A DNA stretch of 64,000 nt from Octopus sinensis. Taxonomy: Eukaryota. The translations under genes and the position numbers were made by a program. The notes under the pieces are model-generated. The model searched no databases, was not told the DNA's origin, and was given only the letters and a program-made list of their open reading frames with translations. Location: NCBI RefSeq assembly GCF_006345805.1, contig NW_021832839.1, positions 1 to 64,000 on the forward strand. Reading direction: 5' to 3'. Below are positions 39,881-52,449 of the stretch, one piece after another. Positions within the stretch are counted from its first letter, which is position 1. Each line of letters opens with the position of its first letter.

Positions 39881-40139
39881 CTACTCCAGTATCGAATATA
39901 ATCATTTAACAATTGTTGTTTTTGAATAAACAAAATTAACATTAATACATTGAATAGACTGAATTTAACTGTTTTGACTAAAAATATCTGAAAGTTAGAT
40001 TTGCTTTAATTCCACTTTTTACTAACTCATTTGACAAGAAACAAAAATAAGCCAAGAGGCGACGAGATTAGAATGATGACTTACAGGCTCTTATTTGTTA
40101 TATACCTCGAGGCTGCCTTCTAGGACATAAAAGCAAAAA

Positions 40140-40300
40140 TCCTTTACGAAAAATAAGCCAATTCAATGTGGAAGTAGGTGTTACTTCAATCGATAATGTA
40201 AAATTAGTGGAAGTAGAAAAATTGCACACATATAAAATTCTAGTCATGAATTGCAGTTGTCTCAAGATTGAGATGACCATTGTGATAAATGTCTATTTTT
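40140..40300 (+). mobile_element. Short REL-endonuclease fragment of the same retroelement family
   Basis: VEVGVTSIDNVKLVEVEKLHTYKIL parallels IEVGITSAPNLQQVEVEKLRKYDLL. Confidence 0.55.
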
Positions 40301-40599
40301 CAGGAAATATTTGGACTTTCAAAAAAAGTTAGATTTGTTTTCTGCCTCAAATAACTCATTTGATGAAAAATAAAAATAGCAAGAATAAACGAAACAACTC
40401 CAAAATGGCGCTAGTGGCTGAGCAGCAAAGTACTATTAAAAAAGTAATTTATTAGTTGAATAAAATAGTGAAAACAACTTCCCCTCTTAACAAATTCCTT
40501 ACCAAAATATCCAGGATTATACCCAAAAATTTCCCTTGTGGGTATAGACTTAATTACTGTCGCGAGAGAATAAAACAGTGTAAAATTAGTTTTTTAATG

Positions 40600-41302
40600 T
40601 CAAACTACAATGCAGGACTGTTTTTTTGCCTTGCTCAAAACAATAGTGGTTGCTTGATAGAAAACATCCTTGACATTGTACTTCATAAAGGAAGAACACT
40701 CCAAGTATTTTGCTGCTCCTGCATTTGTTGTTTAAAAGTAGTACCAATGCGCTTTGCTAATTCTTGGCCGTTCTTTTGAGGGACGGGGACTTGATTTTGC
40801 AATTTAAGAATGTCGAGTGTGTCCTGGTCGTCTCGCAGGTCGACTTTTGTTGCAACAATCATAAAAGTAGGATTCAGGCAGTGGACATTTATTTCCGGAA
40901 TCCACTAAACCTCTCAACAAACAACACCTTGGACTCAATGTTTCGAAAAGTCTGAGGATTGACGACAGAAAAACAAATAATAAAAATATCCTAGTAATAA
41001 CCAATCCAGTATAACAGTCTTTGGGTAGGCGAGTGCGCGGAGTCGGTCGTAGTCTGGTTTCCCCGGAGTGTCCCACAAGTCAAGATGGACGACCACTCCG
41101 TCCTTTTCCTGAGTGTTCATCATCTGGACACTGTAGGAATTGAGTCTGCAATGTCGTAGAATTGGATACACGGCAGCCACGGTTTTTGATAAAGTGGACT
41201 CGGACGTGTAGGCAGTGATGAGACTGGTCTTTCCCACAGAACTACAACATGTCCGAACTACAATCACCTGTCGCCAACTACTACACACTTAATCAAGTCC
41301 AT
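40600..41302 (-). CDS. Atypical Rho/Rac-family small GTPase with CAAX box
   Basis: Spliced: MDLIKCVVVGDS|SVGKT...LDLWDTPGKPDYDRLRALAYPKT|DIFIICFSVVNP...TKVDLRDD...YLECSS...KKQSCIVV*. Confidence 0.9.
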
Positions 41303-41402
41303 AACTAATCAAGGCACAAAATTATTCAATATACATTTTAATAATCTTTATTTTCTCAATTTTAATTTAAATTAATTGGAATAAATAAAATGTCAATTTG
41401 AA

Positions 41403-41837
41403 TTATATGGCTCGTGTGTTAGGTTTGTGTGCTTTGATAACAAAGACTTTTCCTCCCAGGACGACTCTCCGCGCACAAACGAGAAGGACAGATATCACCT
41501 CATCTCCACTTCTCCGGTCGATGTGGTCGAACGTTTGTGTATTTATATTTATTACAAGCATTGAACACTCACAAATATTGCTCTTATGAGTCCTCTGTCT
41601 TCTCTTCTCGGTTTGAAATTGGTTTTTTGTGGACAAAGTAACATTAGCGAAACATAAGGCCTCAATGCAACATCTCGAAAAGTATTTGGTTTACATCAAC
41701 GAGACCAACTGGATGTTTGACGACGTAGACGACCTTATTGGACTAAATAACTATTAATCTGAACTATTTCTCCCACTTAGTTTACTCTCTCTTGCCTCCT
41801 GTAGTCCCTTCTTATTGGTTCCATTAGGTGACCACAT
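41403..41837 (-). CDS. Possible orphan gene head-to-head with BROX
   Basis: An open ~130-aa frame is obtained using 22- and 21-nt GT-AG introns. No family recognised. Confidence 0.3.
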
Positions 41838-41914
41838 GACGCAACGATGGACTAATTAATATTTATTTTTATATAAATTAATTAATATATTTAATTGAAT
41901 TAATATTTGATTTG

Positions 41915-43236
41915 ATGTTTTGTTTTTATCGCCACAGAATGAAAGAAAGTTCAAAACAGCCTTTCGACATGTTCACATCAACACACAACCCGCCCTCCCA
42001 GTTAATAATCAAGTAATCTCCTTCCTTACTTCAGTAATCTCCGAATCACCCGTAAAAAGTTACTCAATCTCCTTTCCACAACAAAAAGTGACCCCGAGGA
42101 CATTTTCAGGACCTTCAAAGAGTACCTTGGATTCCTCTACGGATTTATATTCGACCCCGACCGCCCATCGTCAGTCCCCAACAGCAAACTGATTAGTTCT
42201 ATTCCCTTCAAATGGAGTCAGTCATTGGTCGGGGAGTCTCCCATGTTAGCATGTTCATTTATAAGCAGAGAAATGACTGATAGTGCATTCGAATTTGTCC
42301 AAATGAGTGTCAATGTTGGTTTGTGGTACATCAATGCTGCCTGTCTGCTTCTCTGCCATCTGAAATCCTACGAGTAGACCTGTCCTCTCACTCCCAGTCC
42401 ATCAGTCGAGCATATTCTCAAGTCCGCCTTCAACCTTCTTAGAAAGTCTTCGGGAATATTCGTATTCTCGAAAGTATTATGTTTTGAAATATTGGAGACC
42501 ATCAATACATCAGTGCCCTCTCTCACGTGCGATTCCAGTCACATGGTCATCGATATGTATCTCCATCAGGCATTGGGACAGTGCCAGGAAAGTAGTAGTC
42601 TTCTTCTACTCTTTCAGTTGTGCTGGAAAGAGCCATTCGACTGAAACATAGTCCTGGTCTTATATCTCGTATTGCCTGGCACACTGCGAGGATGTTCGAG
42701 ACTTGCTGTTTGGGTTGATGTTCTCATTTTCAGCCACTCTGGGCGGTTCTGTTCTTGAAAAGTCCAAAAACCAAAGACTGAAGAAGTACTACGACTGGAA
42801 GTGTGTTTTGTACTCCTCTTTGGTTAGTCGTGTCTGCTACAACACAGGCCTATTCGTATTTCACAATTGATTTGCTGAGTCAGGAAAAACCAGCGGAAGC
42901 CAAATGTGCGGACAAAATGGCCACGGAAAGTTTGTCCTTGTCTAAGTTGATTAGAGTTCAAAGTGGCTCTTTCGGACGTGCGGGAGTGGATGGAATATGC
43001 TCAGCGTTTCAATGTGCTGATTGAACGCCACAGCCAGAGGTACCGCATGGAGAGTTCAATGATGTGATTGCTTTCCCAGGAGGTTTAGATATCGTGCTGT
43101 TTCCGAATCGGAATCAATGCCTCAGCCAGGAAATCTCGAATCGGGCGCTGTGCAGGCAGAGGAAATTGTTTTCCCGGATATTTCTTCTATTTGGACTACC
43201 AGTGCCTACGATGGATTCGCGCTTCCTGCTATTTGA
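41915..43236 (+). CDS. BROX: BRO1-domain protein (BROX-like), mostly missed by the ORF track
   Basis: Spliced: LRITRKKLLNLL...FKWSQSL...DSAFEFVQMSVNVGLWY...KSSGIF...KHSPGLISRIAWHTA...WTTSAYDGFAL aligns with recalled BROX. Confidence 0.78.
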
Positions 43237-43649
43237 CTTTGTTTAATAAAACTAGCCATAATTTTCTAATATTGTTTTATTTAAGGTCGCCGGACTTTTT
43301 CAAAGCGTCTGTTCGCTCTTTTAGTCCCTTTCATAGAGCTGGTCTCATTTCATTGATTGAGGGAACATTTCCCCTAATAAGATATTAACTCTAAAAGGGG
43401 TATTAAAATATACATTTTTTGAGTTACTTACTCTTTCTGTTTTCACAATCGATATTAATGATTTTAAAAAATATGCATTTGATTATTACAAAATCGTTGT
43501 CACAAATCTATGAATTACTGTTTTGAGATTGCTTCTATTTTTATAGCATTCAGTCCTTACTCTAATTGCTCAATCTGAAATGAGGGAATGAGTAATTTAT
43601 GACTTTTTAAATCAACAATAATGAAATCTTCCTGGTGAATTTGGAATTT

Positions 43650-44100
43650 TCGATATCCTTTTTAGAATTTATCCAAACAACTTGCAGCGCATTTTAATTA
43701 TCAGGGTACTTAGAGGAACATCCTTTATACAATGCTTCACTCCTTACATGCATAGGCTACTTAGAAAGGTTCTTTCTTTAAAAGGAGTTAAGCCTCTGTC
43801 CATTCATTTTTGACATTCCTTATACAAGGATGGGTTTTACTAAAGCTTTTTACAGTCTAAAGCGAATTTCAAAATATCATTGATGTAATACATATCCTAA
43901 AATGCCAATTAGAGATATAACAGTACTGGCCTTGAGATCGCTCCTGTCACAAATTCCTGCGACACACAGTTTCCAATACGTATATGAATGTTTGATAGAG
44001 AAATTGTTATTAGAATACCGACTCCTTGTCTAAGAATTAGCACTTCAATGAGTTTTTCTTGTCTCAAAAGCTTTGATGAGATTAATTTCAAAATTGTTTT
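43650..44100 (-). mobile_element. Degraded LINE RT remnant
   Basis: RT-like peptide (ILRQGVGIL...) in broken frames; AT-rich. Confidence 0.3.
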
Positions 44101-44299
44101 TAAATTCTCAATTGTTGTACCAAAACTTGATTAGTTCAGGCTGTCAGTTTTTAGAGCCAGAGATGATCATGTTGGGTTGACACTACTTGTTGCTGCACTC
44201 CGAACATTGGATAGATCCCTGTCTACTACTCACCGCCTGTTCGTGTTTGAATATGTTTTTATTAAAATTTGGTACCTTTATAGTTGTTGGGAGAAATTA

Positions 44300-44780
44300 A
44301 TTTCAGGCTATAATAAAAAAAGAAATCTATAATACAAATCATTTGCAGGTTTCATTCGACAGACATACCGCAGATTATAGTTTATTCTAAAAACTTGTTT
44401 AAAGCAAACACGGCGGTCCAGTTATTATTGTGTTTGACAATTCACCAGCTCACAGTTGTATCACGGAAGTTCTTAAATTGGAAGAATATAATGATTTTTA
44501 TATTCTTCGTCTCGGTCCGTACAGTTTAATGCTTAAACACATCGAAAATGTATGGTCAAAAGTAAAAGCTCCCGTAAAAAGAGACAAAATTTTATTCCAA
44601 CAAGAAGAAGGTTTGTCAATTAAAGAGTATTGAACATGGATACTTGAAAAATAATTGTAGATAGAATAACAACAATTACATCTAAAGATTGTGTAAGGTT
44701 TATTTCTGGAATACAGGGAAATATTGCTGACACACTAAATCTGATTAACATTAAATTTTGAACAAAATTTTTTTTGGTGT
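44300..44780 (+). mobile_element. Tc1/IS630-type DDE transposase remnant
   Basis: IVFDNSPAH...LRLGPYSLMLKHIENVWSKVK. Confidence 0.6.
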
Positions 44781-45449
44781 TAATCCCATTTAGTTTGTTA
44801 TTACTCCTATATTGTTTGGCATTAATCTCACTTAGTTCGGTGTTAATCCCATTTAGTATGGGAAATGGTGTAGACATGAGAAGCATTCATAAAACAATTA
44901 CAAAGTTCCAATTCTGCGGTGTCTTGTATCGAGTGGGAGGCTTGATTGATAACCAGGTTCTGTCCGAAAAACGATTTTCCCAGCCAATATGAGTGATATC
45001 GACGGTGGTTGTCATATTCTAAGGATTCCTTAAATATCATTTGGAGCATTTTCCTTTATTTGAATGATCAGTCTGAGCATGACTAGTTCCACCAGTCTTT
45101 ATATCGGCAAGTTTAAAACACGATATTTCGTCAAATTAGATTGTGTCGAATTTGTTCGGTTCAGTCAAATCTCTGTTATATTTTTGATAAATAACCCTTC
45201 GAAGGTCATAATGACTTGGGGAAATACCAAATCTATCATTTAAAATGTATTCATTTGCACTACTTAGTTACTAACAAACTTATTCGATAAAAAATCATTT
45301 AAAAACATCATTATAACAATTTTCGACTTTATTCTTTATAATCTCAACTTTTTCATTTATTCTTGATTTCTTCAGTATTAAACCATCTCCATGAGAAACA
45401 TAAAAAACCGACTTTACAAGCTCAAGGGTCTTGCTCCTATATTTACTTT

Positions 45450-46950
45450 ATCTTAAATATACATATCCATTCTAGTATGTTCTAGAACCTTCTCTTCCTT
45501 CAAGGATTCATCCTCCACCTTCTCACGTCCTTGGACAATATCATTTTCCTATATAAACATTATTTTAATATGATTATTTGTTAAAATGTAAAAATACAAA
45601 CCGTATTTAAAATGAATAAATTATTGTCAATTCCGATAATAAAATGTGAAAAATCACTGATGATGTTTGTGATGTGGTCATAAAAATCAAATTTGGCTGC
45701 AACCACGTCAATCAACTGCTCAAGACATGCCTTAGGCCCACTATTGACCATATTTATGACCTAAAGTGAGACAGACAGACGACCTTCTCCAAATGGCAGT
45801 CCACAAGTCGATAATACTCACACTTCTCCTTGTTCAGTATCCCCTCAAATTCAGTCAGTAGCTCATTGGCCACGTTTTTTGAATATTTTTTCAAAATACC
45901 ATCACAGAATTCCCTCGGCAACAAGTCACTACTCCGAACTGAAGTCATGTCCTGATTTTGCTCCAAAAACTTGATTTGTGCCTCCAAACTTACACATTTT
46001 GCCTTCATTTGGTTATTCTTTAATACAATCTCGGGCAACCTAGCATTACTGTATGACCATTACTTGTTCTTTATCAGTTCATAATCATTCTCATCTTCTT
46101 CATTTAAAAACATAAATTTTTCTTGTATCTAAATTATAATTATTTTTAATTTAATTTTTAAATAAATATTTGAAATAATACGTTTTGTGTGGTCGTGTTT
46201 ATTTCATTCAGTACTGTGATTGCATCACGACAAAACTCCTCAAAACGACCTATAAAATCCTCACATGGAATTCTTTCAATCAAATCAGAATAAACGTTTT
46301 TAAACTCCTTAAAAGAGCCATCCAATCTCTCTAATTAGACCTACTCACAACAACCTGAAGTGCCAATTCAGCATGTTCGTACTCAAATGTGCCATTAGTC
46401 GTGTCCAAATCACTTTTTTGAGTCAAAGTTGCTGTTATTTGTGACTGTTTTCTGATATAGTGTAATTTATTTTACTCTCGAATAAATTTCTTGTGTTGAA
46501 GAGCGTCAAATTTGAGCTTTAAATTACTCTGCATTTCATCGCATAGTTCTCTAGTGAGATTGACAGGATTTTTGTTACATTAATTCGTCTAATTCATAAT
46601 CTGAACTCTCTTCTTGGTCGATCGTAGACTGCTGGCAAGTGGGGATATCTGGGAAGTCGAAATCGATTAGACATCTACTAGAAAATGCACCAGCAGAGTT
46701 TAGGAAATTGTTTTTAGCTTAAATATAGACAAAATTGAAATTACGGAAATTAAAAGAGAAGACGATATTACTCAAGAAAGATGGAGACGCACTAATAAGC
46801 TCGGCTCTTTACTAACCACTAATATTGTCTTTTTGATTTTTGAGTGTTGCACATGCGAGGCTATTAACACTCGCTTTGTACTTTCTTACTGAAGAAATTA
46901 GAGAAACTTAATTTAGTCCATTCTGTCTACATGGCTTGTTTTTTCGGATT
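45450..46950 (-). CDS. Uncharacterised multi-exon, partly coiled-coil gene (or two tandem genes)
   Basis: In-frame exons joined by 20-28 nt introns (ELDELI|ELCDEMQ..., FIRE|KQSQ..., IKNK|LPEIVLKN...) and two ~50-nt AT-rich putative introns. Confidence 0.45.
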
Positions 46951-47168
46951 CTTGTTCATTATTTTCAAAATCGTTTAAAGAATTTTGACTTTCAATACAA
47001 CATGTTTCATTTTTGTGTTTTCAATGCTTAAAATATATTTACTTTTGAGAAGATCAAAAATATCAATTTCAAAATTTTTTTATATGATTTATTAAAAATT
47101 TTGAAACAATTTCTGACCCTCTCTTTAAATAAGTCTTCCCATGACATTTTTGTAAAAAGACACTAGAC

Positions 47169-49138
47169 CAGGGGTTCTCAAGTGCGGCCCTCGGGGCCGC
47201 ATGCGGCCCCGAGAATCTTTTTTGCGGCCCCGACTTCCAAACTTTAAAATAAATTTTGGATATAAAATTAATTGTAAATTAATATTATTAAAGATATATT
47301 TTAACTACACGTGTTTGTAAATATATTTCAGGTTGAGTATTTTTTCATGCCATCAAAGAAATATCGAACATTATCTCAAGAAAATAGAGAATTTCAAATT
47401 GAATGGGAAGAAAAGTTTTTTTTCGTTGAACTGAATGTTAAAGCTGTTTGTTTGATATGCAACTGTGTCATTAATTCATTGAAAAATTATACTATTGAAC
47501 GTCATTATAAGAAGCACTCCGAAATATACAATTTATATCTCGGAGAGTCAAGGAAAAAAAAACTCAATATATTAAAGACGTCATTTAAAAATCAGTCCTC
47601 AATATTTAAACCAGTGGAAAATAAGCATCAGTTATTAACGTCTTATAAAATTAGCCACCTTCTTGCTGTAAATATGAAACCTTATTCTGACGGAGAAATT
47701 ATTAAAACTGCTATTTCCATTTTTTGTGATGAATGTTGTCTGTCAAATATACAAAATATTGCAAAACGATTACCATTAAGTAATGATACTATTACAAGAA
47801 GAATAGAATGTATTTTTGAGGACCTTGCCCGTCAGCTAATCAAGTTCTTTACTATTAAAAATAATTTTTATAGAACATCGAAAGATTTTTTATATCATTC
47901 TTTTGCTGTCGACACGAGTAAAGATATCTCTGATACCGAACAAATGGTCGTATGCATTAGAGGTGTCACTTCGGATTTTAAAATTTCTGAAGAATTTTTT
48001 TCTCTTCGTTCATTAAAAGGCACTACAAAAGGAATGGATGTACTTAACGAATTCCTTGAAAGTATTAAAGAATTTGACATTGATCCTTCCAAAATAATTT
48101 CCATATGTACTGATGGGGGGGCGAATATGATTGGTCGTAATAAAGGGTTTCATGGACTTTATTCAGAATGGAGACTTGAAAAAAATCTTGATCCTATATT
48201 TTGGCAACATTGTATCATTCATCAGGAGAATATAATCGCAAAGTCACTTAAAATGCAAAATGTAATAAGTACGGTGTTGTCCATTGTGAATTGGATACGC
48301 GGTAAATCTCTCAATCACAGGAGATTTAAAAAAATGTTAGTGGAAATTGACACAGTGCATAATGATGTGCTTTACCATACCTTGGAGGGATCAAATAATG
48401 CTCAAAGATACAATTCATTTTACTTGTTTGAGTGAAAATAAAGCTAACGGTTCATTTGAAAAATATACTACCATTATCAGTCACCTTATTGTTGAATTTG
48501 AAAAACGTTCTAAGGTTTATTAAAATTAGTTTATTTTAAGAATTTTGATGAAATTTTGCCATCAATGAAAATTTTTGCAGCACCATTCAATATAGATCCT
48601 AAGAATGCTCCGCCATCACTCCAATTAGAATTGATAGACCTTCAATCAGATGTGCAATTTACCTCAGTGCAAAAGATTGAAAATTTAATGGAATTTTATA
48701 GTTCACTTCCCAAAGAAAAATATCCGAATATACTCATAAATGCTTATAAATATGCTTCAATGTTCGGATCCACTTATTTATGTGAGTCAATTTTCAGTAA
48801 AATGATTCACATAAAAAATAAATATCGAAATAAATTGACTGATAATCACTTATGCCAGCTTTTGCGATCTACATGTGCCTCCTATATTCCGTGTTATGAC
48901 AAATTAGTTAACAATTAGTTAAAATAGCTAACAATTTTTCGTTTTAGTTAACATTTTTCGTTTTAGTCATTTTCCTTTAATTAATTAAGACTAACTATCT
49001 CGGTTCTGAATAAAAAATGAATCTAAAAAAAAATTAGTTAAAAGTTAATGAAAGTTTTAATTTAATTTATTCTGCGGCCCCGAAGACAATGGTTAATTAT
49101 CGATTTGGCCCCGACGTTAAAAAACTTGAGAAACCCTG
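47169..49138 (+). mobile_element. hAT (Buster/SPIN-like) transposon, internally deleted
   Basis: TIRs CAGGGGTTCTCAAG / CTTGAGAAACCCTG. 8-bp TSD CACTAGAC (47161-47168, 49139-49146). GCGGCCC subterminal repeats. Transposase halves with CTDGG, HCIIH and FGSTYLCE. Confidence 0.95.
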
Positions 49139-49475
49139 CACTAGACCTTAAATTCAATTTCTTGTAAGAATTATAGACCGAAAGATTCGAGTTTTCAACA
49201 ATTCCGTCAAATAGATCAACTTTCGTTGGGTAAAATTACTCTTGGAAGATTTAATTATCCCAATATCCATGGTTAAGCAAACCAGAATTATTTTTAGTCA
49301 AAAAAATATTTTCATATATTCCAAATTCGTTTCGATATAGTGCGCAGGCCAGTTGTCAATCAATAGTAAAATTCGATTTTTGAGCTGTAAATCAAAATTA
49401 ACCAACAAATCCATAAATATAAATCCAGTCACCCAAGCTCATTGTGAACTATAGTAGAAAATGAATCATCTATAG

Positions 49476-50399
49476 CAGGGCTGGCCAACCCAAAACGTTT
49501 TTTTCGACTTGAGAGAAGAAATCAAAAGTTTTATGATGCATAAGAAAATGACATTACTGAATTAAATGATGAAGAATGGATGCTAGATCTGTGCTTTTTG
49601 GTAGATATAACCGAAAAATTAATCAATTAAACAAGGAGTTACAAGGACAGGATAATTTGATTACTAATGCATGCCATCAAGTCAAAGCATTTCGAATGAA
49701 ATTGTCATTGTTTGAATGTCAAATAAGAAATGGAAATGATCAACATTTTCCAACGCTAAATCAATTTAAATCAACAGCCATTGTAAAAATTTCTTCAAGT
49801 ACGCTGATGAAATAAAAAATCTTGCTGCAGCATTTGACAGTCGATTCTCGGAACTAAAAAAATATGAGAAATGTTTGAAACATTTTCTTCTCCATTTCAT
49901 GTTGACGTTTCTATTGTTTCAAATACTTTGCAGACGGAAATAATTGACCTACAGTGCAACAGTGAACTAAGACTGTTTATCCTACTATATCCAAAATTGA
50001 CTTTTTATAACAAATATGTGACTGCAGAAAAATATCCCAACTTAAGAATTTTTGCACAAAGAGTTGTAAGCTCCTTTGGATCTACTTACGTATGTGAATC
50101 ATTCTTTTCGAAATTAAAGTTTAGTAAAGAGATATAATCTTCTTTAACAGATAAAAACTTAGAAAACCAATTAAGATGTGCAACTAGTAATTGTGAAGTT
50201 GATTTGAAAAAATTAAGTGAAGATAAAGAAAAACAGATTTCTCATTGATACGTATAATTGACTGAATGCTATTTTATACTAATAAAATCTTATCTGTGTT
50301 GTTTTGATATCTATCCTTAGTATGTACATTATATGCGGCCGCGGAAAGGATTCCATTTGGACAAAGTGGCCCGCGATGCGATTTGGGTTGGCCAGCCTG
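49476..50399 (+). mobile_element. Non-autonomous hAT (Buster-like) retaining only the transposase 3' half
   Basis: TIRs CAGGGCTGGCCAACCC / GGGTTGGCCAGCCTG. 8-bp TSD ATCTATAG (49468-49475, 50400-50407). FGSTYVCESFFS motif. Confidence 0.92.
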
Positions 50400-50968
50400 A
50401 TCTATAGTCATAATTTCAAATACATCGAGGCATTTTTGGTCTTAAAATCATCACTGGTTTCAAATTATGGGTTCCGCTCATGTTTGAGCATATCATAATC
50501 GAGACACAATTTTTAAAATTGTTGTAAATTTTTTTGAATGTTTTGAAATAGCGTTCTTCTTCAGTAAAAAATATTTATTGTTTTTCTTGATTTTGTCTTC
50601 GAAATCCATCAGTTAGACGTTTGAACAAAATTTCATCATTTACTTCCTTATAATTAACAATTTCAGTTTTTTCTTCAAAAGTAAGCCGAGTATACCTTTC
50701 AAGAAAGGAATTGGAAGATTAAATTGTTATTAAATTCTAAATTTTAACCAATTTGCGAAGGCCAAGTGTATCTTCGAAACACAATTTGAAAAGAAAAGTG
50801 GAAATTAAGTATTTAAAATCACAAGCAGCTGTTATATCTCGATGGCTAGCATCATAGAAACAAATAAAGGTCTTATCAAAGTAATTAAAATGGTCTTAGC
50901 ATTTTGATGTAAATCAGCAGAAAGACTAAAAATTTGATTTAAAAAGCAAGTTTGACCAAATAAGCACA

Positions 50969-51905
50969 TCAATAAAAATATTGGGGATCATATGTTATCC
51001 AATTAGGTTTGAGTTGATTGGCTGCCTTCTCACTCGTACTAAATATAGACTTGTACACCTCCGTGGACTCCCCCTCCTGAATACTCCTCGTCTCACTCCT
51101 CACTTCAACTCCCCGAGTAGTCCGGTCGGAATCCTCGTTCACAATCCTCTTTGTGGCAGACGACAGTTCCAATCCATGCCTGTGTTTCTCAGACTTACAC
51201 TTCCCCGACTTTGCCCTCCGTGCCAACATGAGTGCCTCCACCTCCTGAACTCGTCCACGTCTGGGAATTGATAGTAATGACATCCACATCCCCCTCAAAC
51301 ACAGCAGAACACTGCATAGGCCACAAATACTCAAACTATAGGACAGGACGACTGGTTGATTGCGTCCAACGCCTTTCTGCTGAGAACACAGCCACAGGGC
51401 CTCAAATATACGAATCTGAGTAATGAAGACAGCCTACTTGTGGTGACCGTTCATTTCCACGTTGGTGATTGGACATTTGAAGGGGAGACGTGTCGGTCGT
51501 TGTATCCATTTCCCAGGATTTGTTGCTTTTCGTGGAATAAATCGTTGTCACATAAATTGAGTTCGGTGACATGCTGGGATATAGTCAGAAAATAACTTTT
51601 AGTCGCTTGATGTGGTCAAATTGGGAGGCGAGGGGAGAGGATGTCTTGTCGAGAAGGAGGGCAATCACAGCCTCCTTATTATACAGTCTGATACTCACCA
51701 ACGGAATGCCAACCTGCCCAATTCACAAGACACTATTGGCTTCTTTAAGGTGTGCTGAGATATTGAGCAGGTTCGCCATTTTGTTTCGTGGACAGACTCT
51801 CTGTCTTTCTGTTATGTATCAGGTTATTTAACTTACTATCGGTGGCTTGGGTTTTTCTTTGACCATCTCTGTCCTATGTGGTATGCTTCCTCCATCTCCT
51901 CCCAT
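50969..51905 (-). CDS. RTF2: Replication termination factor 2 homologue
   Basis: MGGDGGSIPHRTEMVK...PIVSCELGR|LYNKEAV...FKCPITNVEMNGHHK...CGCVFS...EVYKSIFST...NWIT. Confidence 0.9.
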
Positions 51906-52449
51906 TTGCTTAAAACCACAACGAACAAAAAACACAAATTGATATTTTTTGTAAATAAATTATTTTTTATATAAATATCATACAATTTTATAACTATTAA
52001 TAAAATTCATTCAAATTAATAGATGAAAATCAATTTTTCACTGCCATCAAATTTCTGTTAATATTCATTATCGCAAGTCTCTTATTATGCTTTATTGCAT
52101 ATTTTTGGATTTTGAATTATTCAGAAATTTCTTTTTCCTTCATTCGAAAGCAGCTCTTGTTTATTTAAAGCGAATGTTTATAAGAAAATTCATTCTCCGA
52201 CACAGGCACCATTTCAAATTTGTTTTGTTTTTCTTTTTTAGACAACTTGGCACATTTTCCAAAATAATTTGATGAATCAACAAGATTTTAACTTTCTTTA
52301 CTACTCCCTAACTTGTTCAGTCCAGCTTCAAAATGTTATTTTGGGAAAAGATTTTTCAGATGTTGCTCAAATAGATTTAAACTGCCTCGAGTTATTGTGA
52401 GAGTAAATAAAGATTTGATTATTTAAAACATAATAAAGTATCCATAGCA

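Larger units (their letters stand above)
38148..40135. repeat. Left arm of a ~2-kb inverted segmental duplication (partner ~54325-56305)
   Basis: The reverse complement matches from atgatctaagagt to ...gaggctgccttctagg..ataaaagc. Contains the ZIP and EF-hand genes. Confidence 0.95.
47000..50760 (-). mobile_element. Old pogo/Tigger fossil split by two hAT insertions
   Basis: Collinear motifs CSNMSGTHNLKPVMI (~50450), AWVTGFIF...LLIDNWPAH (~49350-49440) and WEDLFKERVRNCFK (~47100-47145). Confidence 0.6.

Noticed and set aside
44775-44860. 19-bp direct repeat ggtgttaatcccatttagt
   Set aside because: Lies in Tc1 debris; probably a TE end or local slippage with no independent evidence of function.
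51480-51560. Apparent frameshift in RTF2
   Set aside because: Resolved by a 26-nt intron and a 22-nt exon.
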